From the NCBI GenBank assembly GCA_040754095.1, contig JBFMFO010000007.1:3121-67120 (forward strand): a stretch of 64,000 bases of DNA, in the 5' to 3' direction. This document shows positions 1-9,184 of this stretch, piece by piece. Made by a program: the position numbers and the translations under genes. Numbering within the stretch: the first letter of the stretch is position 1; every line of letters starts with the position of its first letter. The notes under the pieces are model-generated. The model had not been told where the DNA came from and made no database searches. It saw nothing but the letters and a program-made list of their open reading frames with translations. This stretch comes from Thermodesulfobacteriota bacterium (lineage in GTDB: Bacteria > Desulfobacterota > QYQD01).

Positions 1-646
1 AACGCACGCCCATGATACCGTTGATGTCATCTATGGTATGGAGCGTTGCCATCACGCCGATAATGGTCCCTCCCTCGTCGCGCAAAGGAGCGGCAAGAAA
101 TGAAACAAGCTCATTTCCATGTAGGGGATAGAGGCTGAAGTCATCAAATGCAACCCGTCCTTCCAGGGCTTTTTTAAATGCGCGGGCCAAACCGGTATCT
201 TTATGCTTTCCGGTTACCAGATTGGAGGCAAAATCCGCATTCCGTTTAACGGAATAGACCACATCCCCTTTTTTAGAAATCAGGAAGAGGTCCTCAAAGC
301 CCCGGGCATACACCTTCAGAATAGGGTCGTAGTCACTGAGGGCCCCCTTATAGTCTTCCGCATCAAAACCCTGCGTCAAGCCGATATTTTCAAATTCGAC
401 AAAGAAATCTCTCACATTGTCCAATCCAGCGATCTGTTTTACCTCTTCGGAATGCTCGGAAAACATTTTTTCGAGTTGCGCTTTCTTGATCTCACGAGCT
501 ACTCTTAGTTGGCTGAACGCTTGCTCCTTGAGCGCACTGCTCGCCTTCCAGAGAGAAATCATGCTGGCCACAAGAAAGGGAATGACCCCAACGATAAGGA
601 AGGCCACCGTAAGCTTGGTACCAAGTTTTCCGCTTGTTATTTTCAT
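1..646 (-). CDS. N-terminal part of a membrane chemoreceptor/sensor (probable methyl-accepting chemotaxis protein with periplasmic Cache-type domain); runs off the window edge
   Basis: ATG at 646 preceded by AAGGAG. It translates as MKITSGKLGTKLTVAFLIVGVIPFLVASMISLWKASSALKEQAFSQLRVAREIKK..., a TM helix followed by a typical Cache-receptor helix. Absent from the ORF track because it is truncated. Confidence 0.7.
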   Translation of the reverse strand, partial: MKITSGKLGTKLTVAFLIVGVIPFLVASMISLWKASSALKEQAFSQLRVAREIKKAQLEKMFSEHSEEVKQIAGLDNVRDFFVEFENIGLTQGFDAEDYKGALSDYDPILKVYARGFEDLFLISKKGDVVYSVKRNADFASNLVTGKHKDTGLARAFKKALEGRVAFDDFSLYPLHGNELVSFLAAPLRDEGGTIIGVMATLHTIDDINGIMGVR

Positions 647-738
647 TGCCGTGCTCCTTAAAAGTGAAACAACCTTATTCTGATTGCTCACAAGGGGGCC
701 GGCCGGGCGCACCTGCTTGGTTACGCCCGGCCACAACC

Positions 739-1440
739 CTATCTTTTGAAGGACATGACTACTTTTTTGTAGACTTCTTCGATTTGATCCAATTGTTTTT
801 TTGCCGTGTTCCAGTCACCTTTATCCACGGACGCCTGGAACTCATCACCCAAAATATGCATCCTACGGGCGTCCTTGATCCAACGGGTGTTGGCAAACAT
901 ATGTTCCATTATCTGTCCCGAAAGCGATAGCTCGTGCGCTGCCAGGTGGATCTCTTCACCTGCATCAAGGGCCATGCCCTTATCCTTTTTTGCAACTCCA
1001 TTGGTGGCCTGTTTTACCATCTCGCCAAGATGGTCTCTCAGCCAGTAAGGGGTGGAGGCTGTAACGTGGTTCAGATGAAGGAAGAGCGCTGCGCTTACAA
1101 AGTACGCGTCGTTGCTTGCCTTTTCATCGCATAACTCGACCAACTCTTCCGAGTGATTGATCATCCCTTGGGTTTCCCAGCCCCACTCTGTCTCGTATTC
1201 TTTATTTGCCATGTTGTTAAAGACCTTGGACCTTTTAACCAGGTCTTCTGCTATTGTCTTCCCCTTTTCCCAGTTATTGGCATAAAGCGCGTCTGCAAAA
1301 TTAGATATTGCGCCTTTATAACCGTGAAACATTTTCGTGAGTGTCGCATAATCCGCCGCGTAAAGCACGCCGGATGACAACCCAAAAACAAGGATTGTGC
1401 ATGTCACCACGACGCCTGCCAATCTTCTTGTCCTTTTCAT
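739..1440 (-). CDS. secreted all-alpha hypothetical protein, His/Met-rich
   Basis: AGGAGG RBS before ATG 1440. Signal peptide MKRTRRLAGVVVTCTILVFGLSSGVLYA, followed by amphipathic helices. No CXXCH. Confidence 0.75.
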   Translation of the reverse strand: MKRTRRLAGVVVTCTILVFGLSSGVLYAADYATLTKMFHGYKGAISNFADALYANNWEKGKTIAEDLVKRSKVFNNMANKEYETEWGWETQGMINHSEELVELCDEKASNDAYFVSAALFLHLNHVTASTPYWLRDHLGEMVKQATNGVAKKDKGMALDAGEEIHLAAHELSLSGQIMEHMFANTRWIKDARRMHILGDEFQASVDKGDWNTAKKQLDQIEEVYKKVVMSFKR

Positions 1441-1722
1441 AATGTGCCTCCTTTTAATGTGTTTCGTACTGTCAAAACTTTTGCCACAGAGCACAGAGAA
1501 CACACAGGTATCAGTACGTTAAAGCATAATTTGGTTCCTCCCCAACTTCTCCAACCTTTTTGTTGTCCCCCCAGAAAATGGCTCAACCACAGCCCTGGAG
1601 GGTACACAGGTCACAGAAGTGCCCATAAAACTGCTTCTCTCTTGGCTGCTCTGTTTTTTTCTTTTGATTTCTTTACGTTGCTCTGTGCGTTCTGTGTCCT
1701 CTGTGGCTTAGTGTTTTTTATA

Positions 1723-1749
1723 TGATCGGCACAAAAAAAGTTTTCTTAA
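1723..1749 (-). promoter_or_regulatory. sigma-28 (FliA)-type promoter
   Basis: Minus strand reads TTAA-N15-GCCGATCA, upstream of the secreted protein and chemoreceptor genes. Confidence 0.6.
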
Positions 1750-1845
1750 ATGATTTTTTAAACGTTCATTATCAGGCCATATATATTCCCGTGAGAGATG
1801 AAGCTACATATCCTTCTGAGGGCTTCAAAAGGGGAATAGAGTCAT

Positions 1846-1912
1846 GTAGGGTGGGCTCCGCCCACCGAAACCACGCTGCGCCGCCGATGATGGTAGGCAA
1901 GGTCCACCCTAC
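1846..1912. repeat. GTAG-family REP doublet (REPIN-like)
   Basis: GTAGGGTGGGCTCCGCCCACC...GGTAGGCAAGGTCCACCCTAC inverted pair. Confidence 0.85.
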
Positions 1913-2043
1913 GGCTGCTTTATGGAAATCATTTAACCTTAAAACCGCAGGCGCCGAAAAGTAACACAACATAATGTCCTTAATCCACCATCAAACTATT
2001 GACAGAGAAACGGGTGATCTCCGATGGCCAGGCAGCCGGGTTC

Positions 2044-2190
2044 AAATCCGAATATCGAATATCGAAATCCGAAACAAATTCAAATGTTCAAATTCCCAAT
2101 GTCCCAAACGACAGCAGCGCTGATTATTTTGGATTTGAATTTTGGTGATTGGATATTGTTTCGAGATTCGTGCTTCGGATTTCGAATTTG
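2044..2190. repeat. AAATCCG/AATATCG heptamer-array inverted repeat element
   Basis: AAATCCGAATATCGAATATCGAAATCCGAAAC ... GTTTCGAGATTCGTGCTTCGGATTTCGAATTT. About nine copies in the window. Confidence 0.85.
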
Positions 2191-2346
2191 AAATAATGCT
2201 GCACAGCAACCATAGTGTGTTTACGGTCAGGAGCTAACTCGTACGAAAATAGGCAGTGGATTTAGGATGTACATTTCTGTTGTCATCCGCATTTGTTTTG
2301 TGATAAGAGACCGTCGCAGGAAAGGGGGTGAAAGTTGGTCAGTCAT

Positions 2347-2411
2347 GTAGGGTGGGCTCCGCCCACCAAAACTACAACGCCGTCAACGATGGTGGGCCAT
2401 GCCCACCCTAC
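2347..2411. repeat. GTAG-family REP doublet
   Basis: GTAGGGTGGGCTCCGCCCACC...GGTGGGCCATGCCCACCCTAC. Confidence 0.85.
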
Positions 2412-2541
2412 GGCTGCTGTCAGAAGGCTTTTAGCTACAAGGACACAAAGGGCACAGAAAAAAAATAATTGTAAAAATTTCCTGGTGTCTCCGTGCCTTT
2501 GTGGCGAACAAACAAAAACGGATAAAGGAGAAGGGAAAGAT

Positions 2542-3975
2542 ATGAAGAAAGGTCTAATTATTTTAGCTACAGCCCTGTTTGTGGCCGCCATGGCGCTCCC
2601 GGCCATGGCCGTGGATGTAAGCATCAGCGGTTACTACCAGGTGCGGGGTTTCTATCAGAGCAATGCCGACCGGGGTACGATAACCCCATGGGATAATCCC
2701 ACGCCCGGTGATATACCGACCATCGGCGCTACAGACTTCAGTTACGGCAGCCCGGAGGCCTGGTGGGATCATTTCCTGTGCATCGAGCCGGTGTTCAAGA
2801 TAACCGACAACCTGAAACTCCATACCGCCATCGGCATTTTTAACAACCAGATGTGGGGAAGCAGTAAGACCAGCGGTGCTTGTTCCTATGCCGGTGAGGT
2901 AGGAGTGGACGCCTTTGGCGCTGACGCTACCAACATCAGTTGGGATGCCGCCTATATGGAATGGGCCACCCCGAAAGGGACACTTATGGTGGGCCGCATG
3001 GCCGGCAACTACATCTATTTTACGGGCTGGGCCAACACCGAGATGTGCCTGGACCGCATCGAATATACCTCGCCGCTGTGGAACGGCTTCGGCCTGAACG
3101 CCTTCATGGAGAAACGGCAGGAAAACAGCACCACCTCCGGCAACAACGCTGCAGATGAGGACATCGACCGCTATTCGCTGGTTCTCAGCTATGCCCAGCC
3201 CTGCTACTCCATCGGCGCGGGCATTAACTACGTCCGTGACCGGAGCGGGTCTGCCACCGGCACTACCTGGAAGGCTGATCAGTATGACTACGTCTTAGGC
3301 CTGACGGCCAATGATCCGACAAACACTTGGTTCTTCGAAGGCGAACTCATGATCAACGACGGCGACTATACAGATTACTACGGCACCACGCAGGACATCG
3401 ACCGGGGTGGCTGGGGTTACTATGTCAACCTTGGCATGAAGAAGGATGCCCTCACGGTCGGTGTGGCCACGGCCTTCACCTCCGGCGATGACAACGCCAG
3501 TGACAGCGACTATGACGTGGGTCCGGCCTCCGGCCTGGACTTCCAGCCGCTTTACATTGTCTATGGTCCATACGGCAACATCCTGAATTCCTCGCTCATG
3601 GATACGACGAGGAAGGCCGGCTATTCCAATGTCACTAAGTTTGGCACCCCGGAAATTGACGGTGGTGCAAACGATACCGCAACCGGTTCACAGGTCTATT
3701 GGTTCTATGCCGACTATCAGGTCAACCCCCAGTTGGCCGTACATGGCGCCCTGGGCGTGGCTTATGCGGACAAGATCAGCAACAGCCTCTATCAGGACGA
3801 TGAGTTCGGCACCGAGTTTGACCTTGGACTGAAGTACCAGCTTATGAGCAATCTGGCCTATGAGCTGCACTTCGGCTACCTGTGGACGGGCGACTTCTTC
3901 AAGGGTGCGGCGGCTGATAACTACACCACTGATGATGTCTATCAGATCGACCACAGCCTGACGCTGAGTTTCTAG
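2542..3975 (+). CDS. outer-membrane beta-barrel porin (deltaproteobacterial type)
   Basis: Signal peptide MKKGLIILATALFVAAMALPAMA, then VDVSISGYYQVRG. Alternating aromatic beta-strands, GTEFDLGLKYQL motif and C-terminal Phe (LTLSF). Confidence 0.85.
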   Translation: MKKGLIILATALFVAAMALPAMAVDVSISGYYQVRGFYQSNADRGTITPWDNPTPGDIPTIGATDFSYGSPEAWWDHFLCIEPVFKITDNLKLHTAIGIFNNQMWGSSKTSGACSYAGEVGVDAFGADATNISWDAAYMEWATPKGTLMVGRMAGNYIYFTGWANTEMCLDRIEYTSPLWNGFGLNAFMEKRQENSTTSGNNAADEDIDRYSLVLSYAQPCYSIGAGINYVRDRSGSATGTTWKADQYDYVLGLTANDPTNTWFFEGELMINDGDYTDYYGTTQDIDRGGWGYYVNLGMKKDALTVGVATAFTSGDDNASDSDYDVGPASGLDFQPLYIVYGPYGNILNSSLMDTTRKAGYSNVTKFGTPEIDGGANDTATGSQVYWFYADYQVNPQLAVHGALGVAYADKISNSLYQDDEFGTEFDLGLKYQLMSNLAYELHFGYLWTGDFFKGAAADNYTTDDVYQIDHSLTLSF

Positions 3976-4022
3976 GAAAATCCCCCCATCCCCCCTTTAT
4001 CAAAGGGGGGTTAAGGGGATTT
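3976..4022. repeat. CCCCCTTTnnnAAAGGGGG palindromic element, intergenic copy; may act as a terminator
   Basis: AAAATCCCCCCATCCCCCCTTTATCAAAGGGGGGTTAAGGGGATTT immediately after the porin stop. Confidence 0.8.
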
Positions 4023-4028
4023 AGCCAT

Positions 4029-4095
4029 GTAGGGTGGGCTCCGCCCACCAAAACTACGCTATGCCGCCAATGATGGTGGGCAAAGCCCGCCCTAC
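4029..4095. repeat. GTAG-family REP doublet
   Basis: GTAGGGTGGGCTCCGCCCACC...GGTGGGCAAAGCCCGCCCTAC. Confidence 0.85.
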
Positions 4096-4302
4096 GTCTG
4101 AGTTTCTAGGAAGACAGAAGTCAGGAGTCAGAAGACAGAATAGGAATTTTTGCCGCAGAGCGCGCGGAGAACGCAGAGAAAAAAATGAGAATCTGGAAAT
4201 CAAGAAATCAGGAATAAAAGATCTTTTCATGAGTTCCTGAGTTCCAAATTTTCTTCTTCTTTGCGTTCTTTGCGTCTTTGCGGTAAAATTTTTATAACGA
4301 CC

Positions 4303-4632
4303 ATGTCAAAGCGTCTTTATATAGACCCGAAGGAATGCAAGGCCTGCGGCGCATGTGAGGAGATATGCCCGGAGGTCTTCAGGGTTGATGAAAATCTCGG
4401 GCATGCCCGGATATTGGATTTAGAGACGTATCCGGAAGACAAGATCAACGAGGCCATTGTTGCCTGCCCGGGCCGCTGTATTGACTGGGATGAATCAAAG
4501 GATGACGAATATTTTTGTCAGAAATACCGGGAACCCATCAAGACAAAGCCGCCAGCCTGTCCCCATCCCCTGGATTACTGCCAGTTCAGGTCTTCCTGCC
4601 CGGTGCATTTTTTAGAGAAGGAGAGGGAATAA
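4303..4632 (+). CDS. single-cluster [4Fe-4S]/[3Fe-4S] ferredoxin with a Cys-rich C-terminal extension
   Basis: CKACGACEEICPEVF...ACPGRCI. Extra tail FCQKY...CPHPLDYCQFRSSC. Confidence 0.85.
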   Translation: MSKRLYIDPKECKACGACEEICPEVFRVDENLGHARILDLETYPEDKINEAIVACPGRCIDWDESKDDEYFCQKYREPIKTKPPACPHPLDYCQFRSSCPVHFLEKERE

Positions 4633-4647
4633 AACCACAGAGATGGA

Positions 4648-4808
4648 AAATTCGAAATCCGAAGCACGAAACTCGAAACAAACTCAAATGACCAAATGAG
4701 AGCACTGACCAAAACGAAAAATCGAAGGAGTTGTTGATGGACGTTTCGAACATTCGATATTTGGATTTCGGATTTGTTTCGGATTTCGTATTTCGATATT
4801 CGGATTTG
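4648..4808. repeat. AAATCCG heptamer-array element (reverse orientation of the 21388 copy)
   Basis: Near-identical reverse complement of 21388-21548. Confidence 0.85.
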
Positions 4809-4840
4809 GTTGGAGCTTTGCCGCTCTGTGTTCTCTGTGG

Positions 4841-5299
4841 TTAATCCTCACCCACGCCGGTCCCGAATTTTTTCCTCAATTGCCGGTCCGCATCTATTAT
4901 TTGCCTTACATCATCACCGGTTATCTCCCAGGAATACTTTGCCTTCGCATCGCGCTTCAGACGTATGCGGAGTTTGCTGTTAGCCTTGGATTGTTTTCCG
5001 TCAGGTTTGGCTATTTCACTTGAAAATCCCCCTGTATCCCCCTTTTCCAAAGGGGGGATCGATGGGGACCCGTCTTCCCCCAAATGGGGATTTTGGCTTT
5101 CCCCCTTTCCCAAAGGGGAACTTAACATATCCCCCCCTTTACTAAAGGGGGGCAAGGGGGGATTATTTTCATCGGCCTTCGCTGGCGGCCCTGCAATAGG
5201 CCCATCCCTATCGTCTGAAGGGCTGCAACCAAGGTAGGCCAACGCTAAGAAAACAACTAAAGTTATATGTAACAATAATCTCAACATATTCCTGTCCAT
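4841..5299 (-). CDS. hypothetical lipoprotein with an in-frame palindromic repeat insertion
   Basis: Lipobox AYLGC. Compact C-terminal domain KLRIRLKRDAKAKYSWEITGDDV. The middle is encoded by the palindrome array at 5021-5171. Confidence 0.7.
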   Translation of the reverse strand: MDRNMLRLLLHITLVVFLALAYLGCSPSDDRDGPIAGPPAKADENNPPLPPFSKGGDMLSSPLGKGESQNPHLGEDGSPSIPPLEKGDTGGFSSEIAKPDGKQSKANSKLRIRLKRDAKAKYSWEITGDDVRQIIDADRQLRKKFGTGVGED

Positions 5300-5458
5300 C
5301 AATCCTCGTCTCTTATCGTAAAATACGCCGGTAAGCTAAAATAACAATTTCTTATTGGCAAAAAGGGAAGTTAGGGCTATCTTGACCGGCAACGAGCGGG
5401 TAATGGATTCCGTAGCCTGCTCCGCACTTGATACGGGGACAAGTACGGAATGACAGAC

Positions 5459-5524
5459 GTAGGGTGGGCTTTGCCCACCGTTATTGCGGCATAGCGTAGT
5501 TCTGGTGGGCGGAGCCCACCCTAC
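5459..5524. repeat. GTAG-family REP doublet
   Basis: GTAGGGTGGGCTTTGCCCACC...GGTGGGCGGAGCCCACCCTAC. Confidence 0.85.
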
Positions 5525-5566
5525 ATAGCTGACTGCTGAAAGCTGAAAAAAGGAGGTTGATACCGC

Positions 5567-7321
5567 GTGAACATCCTCTTTTATCTTCTCGTTAGTCTTG
5601 TCGCATTTTTTCTGGCTTACAGGTTCTATGCCGGACGCATTGAACGCATTCTTGGCGCCGGCGATGAAAATGAGGCGCCAGCAGTTACCTATTATAATGG
5701 CATAGACTATGTGCCTGCAAAATCTTCCGTTGTATTCTCCCATCATTTCGCCTCCATAGCCGGGGCCGGCCCTGTTATCGGCCCGGTAGTGGCCTTAGTT
5801 TATGGTTTTGCCCCGGCCTGGGTGTGGATCGTGGCCGGTACCGTTTTCTTCGGCGCCGTGCATGACTATACGGCCCTCTTTGTCAGTATGCGCGAAAAGG
5901 GGCGATCTATGGCGGAAGTAGCCCGCATATCCATGGGTAAGGCCGGTTTTGTGCTGTTTATTCTTTTTACCCTTACTATGGTCTTCCTGGTGACCGGCGC
6001 CTTTCTCAGACTCACGGCCACGGCCTTGACCTCAGTGGTTGACCTTGATGTTATTGGGTTGGATAAAGACCAGACCATTCTGCGCACGGTGACGGATGCA
6101 GGAACAGGGGCGGTGCAAGGTGCTATTGGGGGGATTGCCTCTACTTCAGTTATCGTTATTACCCTTATGGCCCCTGTAATCGGGTATCTGCTTTATAAGA
6201 AAAAGGTTAAAACGAGTCTGGCCGCTCTACTGGCCTCTTCCGTATGCCTTTTTTCCGTGCTGACAGGCTTTAAATATCCTTTGAGCCTTTCGCCTGACCA
6301 CTGGATGCTCATCCTTTCCTTTTATGCCCTGTTGGCCGCCGGAATCCCGGTCTGGATCGTGCTTCAGCCACGGGACTACATTAACTCATTCATCCTCTAT
6401 GCCGGGATCGTGCTTCTTACCGCGGCTATCGCCATAGGAGGGTTTTCAGGCCTGGCGGTCGGTGCGCCGTTAATAAACGTGGAGACGGGCGCAGCAAAAC
6501 TTGGTTTGATGTGGCCGGTTCTTTTCATCACCGTGGCCTGCGGGGCCATATCCGGGTTTCATGCCCTGGTGTGCGGCGGCACCACTTCCAAACAGTGCGC
6601 CTCTGAGAGTGACGCTAAAAAGATAGGCTATGGCGCTATGCTGCTGGAGGGGCTTCTGGCGGTTATTGTCCTGGTGGTGGTAGCCAGCAGCCTGACCCAT
6701 AGTGATTATTTACGCATCGTCTTCCCGGATGACCCCGCCGCGCGCAGCAACCCCGTGCTGGCCTTTGCCCTGGCCACCGGCCGGATCATGCATGGTTCTC
6801 TAAACATGCCGGTTTATCTGGGGACTATTTTCGGTATCCTCCTGGTAGAAGGATTCCTGGCCACTACCCTGGATACGGCGGTGCGGTTGAACCGCTATCT
6901 TTTCGAGGAGTTATGGGGGGTTATATTCAAGCAAGTCCCCCGGCTTTTAAGGTCGTATCTATTTAATGCCGGGTTGTCCGTGGTCATAATGTACGCCCTG
7001 GCCTATAAACAGGCGTTTTTTATCCTGTGGCCGGTTTTTGGCACGGCCAACCAGCTCCTGGCCGGGCTGACGCTTATAGCGGTCAGTATCTGGTTTATGC
7101 GTCAGGGTACAAAAGTCGGCCTTATCACCCTGATCCCGGCCTCATTCATGATGATTACCACCATCTTTTCGCTTTTTTATCTTTTAGTTAAGAAGGACGG
7201 TTACCTGGCCACAGGAAACTATGTGCTGGCCCTTGCCGATCTTTGTCTTATAGCGCTGGCCATAGGCGTGGTATTTGTGGCCCTAAGGACAATTAGGAAT
7301 GGGTTACGGGTTCAGTTATGA
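5567..7321 (+). CDS. cstA: carbon starvation protein A (peptide/pyruvate transporter)
   Basis: GIDYVPA, HHFASIAGAGPVIGP, GAVHDY, ITVACGAISGFH and LDTAVRL motifs. Multiple TM helices. AGGAGG RBS. Confidence 0.95.
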   Translation: MNILFYLLVSLVAFFLAYRFYAGRIERILGAGDENEAPAVTYYNGIDYVPAKSSVVFSHHFASIAGAGPVIGPVVALVYGFAPAWVWIVAGTVFFGAVHDYTALFVSMREKGRSMAEVARISMGKAGFVLFILFTLTMVFLVTGAFLRLTATALTSVVDLDVIGLDKDQTILRTVTDAGTGAVQGAIGGIASTSVIVITLMAPVIGYLLYKKKVKTSLAALLASSVCLFSVLTGFKYPLSLSPDHWMLILSFYALLAAGIPVWIVLQPRDYINSFILYAGIVLLTAAIAIGGFSGLAVGAPLINVETGAAKLGLMWPVLFITVACGAISGFHALVCGGTTSKQCASESDAKKIGYGAMLLEGLLAVIVLVVVASSLTHSDYLRIVFPDDPAARSNPVLAFALATGRIMHGSLNMPVYLGTIFGILLVEGFLATTLDTAVRLNRYLFEELWGVIFKQVPRLLRSYLFNAGLSVVIMYALAYKQAFFILWPVFGTANQLLAGLTLIAVSIWFMRQGTKVGLITLIPASFMMITTIFSLFYLLVKKDGYLATGNYVLALADLCLIALAIGVVFVALRTIRNGLRVQL

Positions 7322-7428
7322 TGGGCGGGGGAAGGCCTGTAAGTGACCGCAAAAGCTTGACACGGCATTAAAAAAAAAGTATTCAGAATCAATACTAAAC
7401 GATCGGCGGTCGGGTATCAGTTTTAGCC

Positions 7429-7495
7429 GTAGGGTGGGCTCCGCCCACCAAAACCACGCTACGCCGCCAATGATGGTGGGCCATGCCCACCCTAC
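7429..7495. repeat. GTAG-family REP doublet
   Basis: GTAGGGTGGGCTCCGCCCACC...GGTGGGCCATGCCCACCCTAC. A second GTAG-REP type (GTAGTCGCAGGCTTAAGCCTGCG) follows at about 7530. Confidence 0.85.
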
Positions 7496-7585
7496 GTCGC
7501 TTTCAAAAATCTAAATTGCTGTCAGTTCTGTAGTCGCAGGCTTAAGCCTGCGTTCCGTGCGCGAGGACACAAAGGCATAGACAAA

Positions 7586-8812
7586 ATGGCCATTTCTAGA
7601 AAAAAGAAAAAAGTTTTATCCCTTTGTGCCTTTGTGTCTTTGTGGCTGAGTATCCTATCTTTTATCCCTCATTTTTCTTCCTCTCTTAGTTACGCCCAAG
7701 CCGGACCTTTTCCAAAGGACAAGATAGCCTATGTAGGCCAGATTACACAGGACGAAGAAGGTAAATCTATCTCCTATCCGGCCTATGTCTATGTGGACCC
7801 TGTTAAGCACGAGATTTATATTATTGAAGGCCGGGGCCGCATTTTGATCTACAATGCCGGTTTTTTCCCTTTATTTACATTAGATAAGAACTACGGCATT
7901 GAGAGCCCGCAGGGGGTGATGATAGACGCCCGCGGCTATCTATGGGTAGCGCAGGGGACGGGGCCGAATAACCGGCGCGGCCGTATCTCGCTCTTTGACC
8001 CTTGTCTTAAATGGATGCGGGACATATATTTTAGCGGGTTTATAGGGGCGGAGGAATTTATCCCGTATCGATTGGCTGAAAATAGCCGCGGGGAGATATT
8101 TGTCATCGGCACTTACAGCCCGGCAGTCGTCATCCTGGACAGTTTCGGTAATTTTCAGGGAACTTTTTTTCAGGAGGAAGAGGGAGAAGACCAGAAGAAG
8201 AGAGTGGCGGTTAATGATGTCCTGATCGGCCCGGACGACCGCTTATATCTGTTAAGTGAAGAGACCAGCCATGTCTATGTCTATGACGCCGACCGTAATT
8301 TTCTCTTTAAGTTCGGCCAGAAGGGCGGCAGCACGGGAAAAATGAGCCGGCCGCAGGGCATCGGGCTCGACAAACGGACCGGGATTTTTTTTATCGTTGA
8401 TTACATGCGCCATGTGGTGACGGCTTATGACCGCAAAGGCGGGTTTATATTTGAATTTGGCGGCCTGGGATGGGGAGAGGGATGGCTGCAATATCCCAAG
8501 GACATCACCGTAGATGAAACCGGCCGGGTTTTTATAGCCGATCTTTTTAATAACCGTGTGCAGGTGTTACAGGTTATAGCACAGGTTTTACCGGTCGCGC
8601 CTGAGGTCGTGCCTCAGGCAGATTCGCCCGGGCGAACAGATTCGGCGGGTCAAGAAAAAATGGGAGAGGGAGAGAAGGCGGAGCCGGCAGGGCCGGAAGG
8701 GGTCGAGGCCTCCGGAGAACAGGTTAAGGCACCGGAGCCGGCCGCAGCCGTAGAAAGTAAGGGCGTAACATCCATACCGCCGGTGCCGATAAGGGAGACA
8801 GGGCCAAAATAA
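7586..8812 (+). CDS. exported NHL-repeat (six-bladed beta-propeller) protein
   Basis: Repeats such as FGQKGGSTGKMSRPQGIGLD and FGGLGWGEGWLQYPKDITVDETGRVFIADLFNNRVQVL. Hydrophobic N-terminus. Start codon uncertain. Confidence 0.88.
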   Translation: MAISRKKKKVLSLCAFVSLWLSILSFIPHFSSSLSYAQAGPFPKDKIAYVGQITQDEEGKSISYPAYVYVDPVKHEIYIIEGRGRILIYNAGFFPLFTLDKNYGIESPQGVMIDARGYLWVAQGTGPNNRRGRISLFDPCLKWMRDIYFSGFIGAEEFIPYRLAENSRGEIFVIGTYSPAVVILDSFGNFQGTFFQEEEGEDQKKRVAVNDVLIGPDDRLYLLSEETSHVYVYDADRNFLFKFGQKGGSTGKMSRPQGIGLDKRTGIFFIVDYMRHVVTAYDRKGGFIFEFGGLGWGEGWLQYPKDITVDETGRVFIADLFNNRVQVLQVIAQVLPVAPEVVPQADSPGRTDSAGQEKMGEGEKAEPAGPEGVEASGEQVKAPEPAAAVESKGVTSIPPVPIRETGPK

Positions 8813-8888
8813 GAAAAAAAGTAACAGGTTAGGTTTCTGAAACGCTATTGGCACAAAATGCGCTAGCTTCCCAGATACAGGGGGATTC

Positions 8889-9084
8889 AAATTCGAAATT
8901 CGAAGCACGAATCTCGAAACAATTTCGAATGCTCAAAATTGAAGCTCCCCGCTGCTTGCAGCGGGGAATGCGCTCGCTATGCATGTTCAAATTATCAAAA
9001 CGAATCGGCTCCGCTGCGGTTTTGAACATTGAGACATTAGGAATTTGAATTTGCTTCGGATTTCGATATTCGGATTTCGGATTT
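8889..9084. repeat. AAATCCG heptamer-array element carrying a short nested PATE
   Basis: AAATTCGAAATTCGAAGCACGAATCTCGAAAC...TTCGGATTTCGATATTCGGATTTCGGATTT. Confidence 0.8.
8940..8986 (-). mobile_element. internally deleted copy of the IS200/IS605-like palindromic element (PATE)
   Basis: Minus strand TTGA|ACATGCATAGCGAGCGCATTCCCCGCTGCAAGCAGCGGGGAGCTTCA. Same ends as the 22197 and 33050 copies but only one hairpin. Confidence 0.7.
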
Positions 9085-9156
9085 AGCTCCGGTTCCGAAG
9101 TAATCGGCGTTTTCGGGTTCAATAGCCGTTTCAAAGAACTAATCTGTTATAAAAAA

Positions 9157-9184
9157 TAATGTTATGGTCACAATATGCCGATAA
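9157..9184 (+). promoter_or_regulatory. possible sigma-28 promoter of the cytochrome pair
   Basis: TAATGTTA...GCCGATAA. Perfect -10; the -35 is imperfect with a spacer 1 nt long. Ends 44 bp before the ATG. Confidence 0.45.

Noticed and set aside
2335-2541. N-terminal extension of the porin ORF
   Set aside because: It derives from REP and 9-mer repeats; the RBS and signal peptide indicate a start at 2542.
1444-2624. Short ORFs with VGWAPPT/VGSAH or LCVLCG peptides, and FEFRASNF-type ORFs at 8829, 21442 and 38036
   Set aside because: They are translations of the repeat elements, not genes.
7319-7420. Selenoprotein or UGA read-through after cstA, or after the octaheme stop at 10558
   Set aside because: Despite selA in the window, an in-frame TAA or TAG follows within a few codons, and I see no SECIS-like hairpin or small partner ORF.
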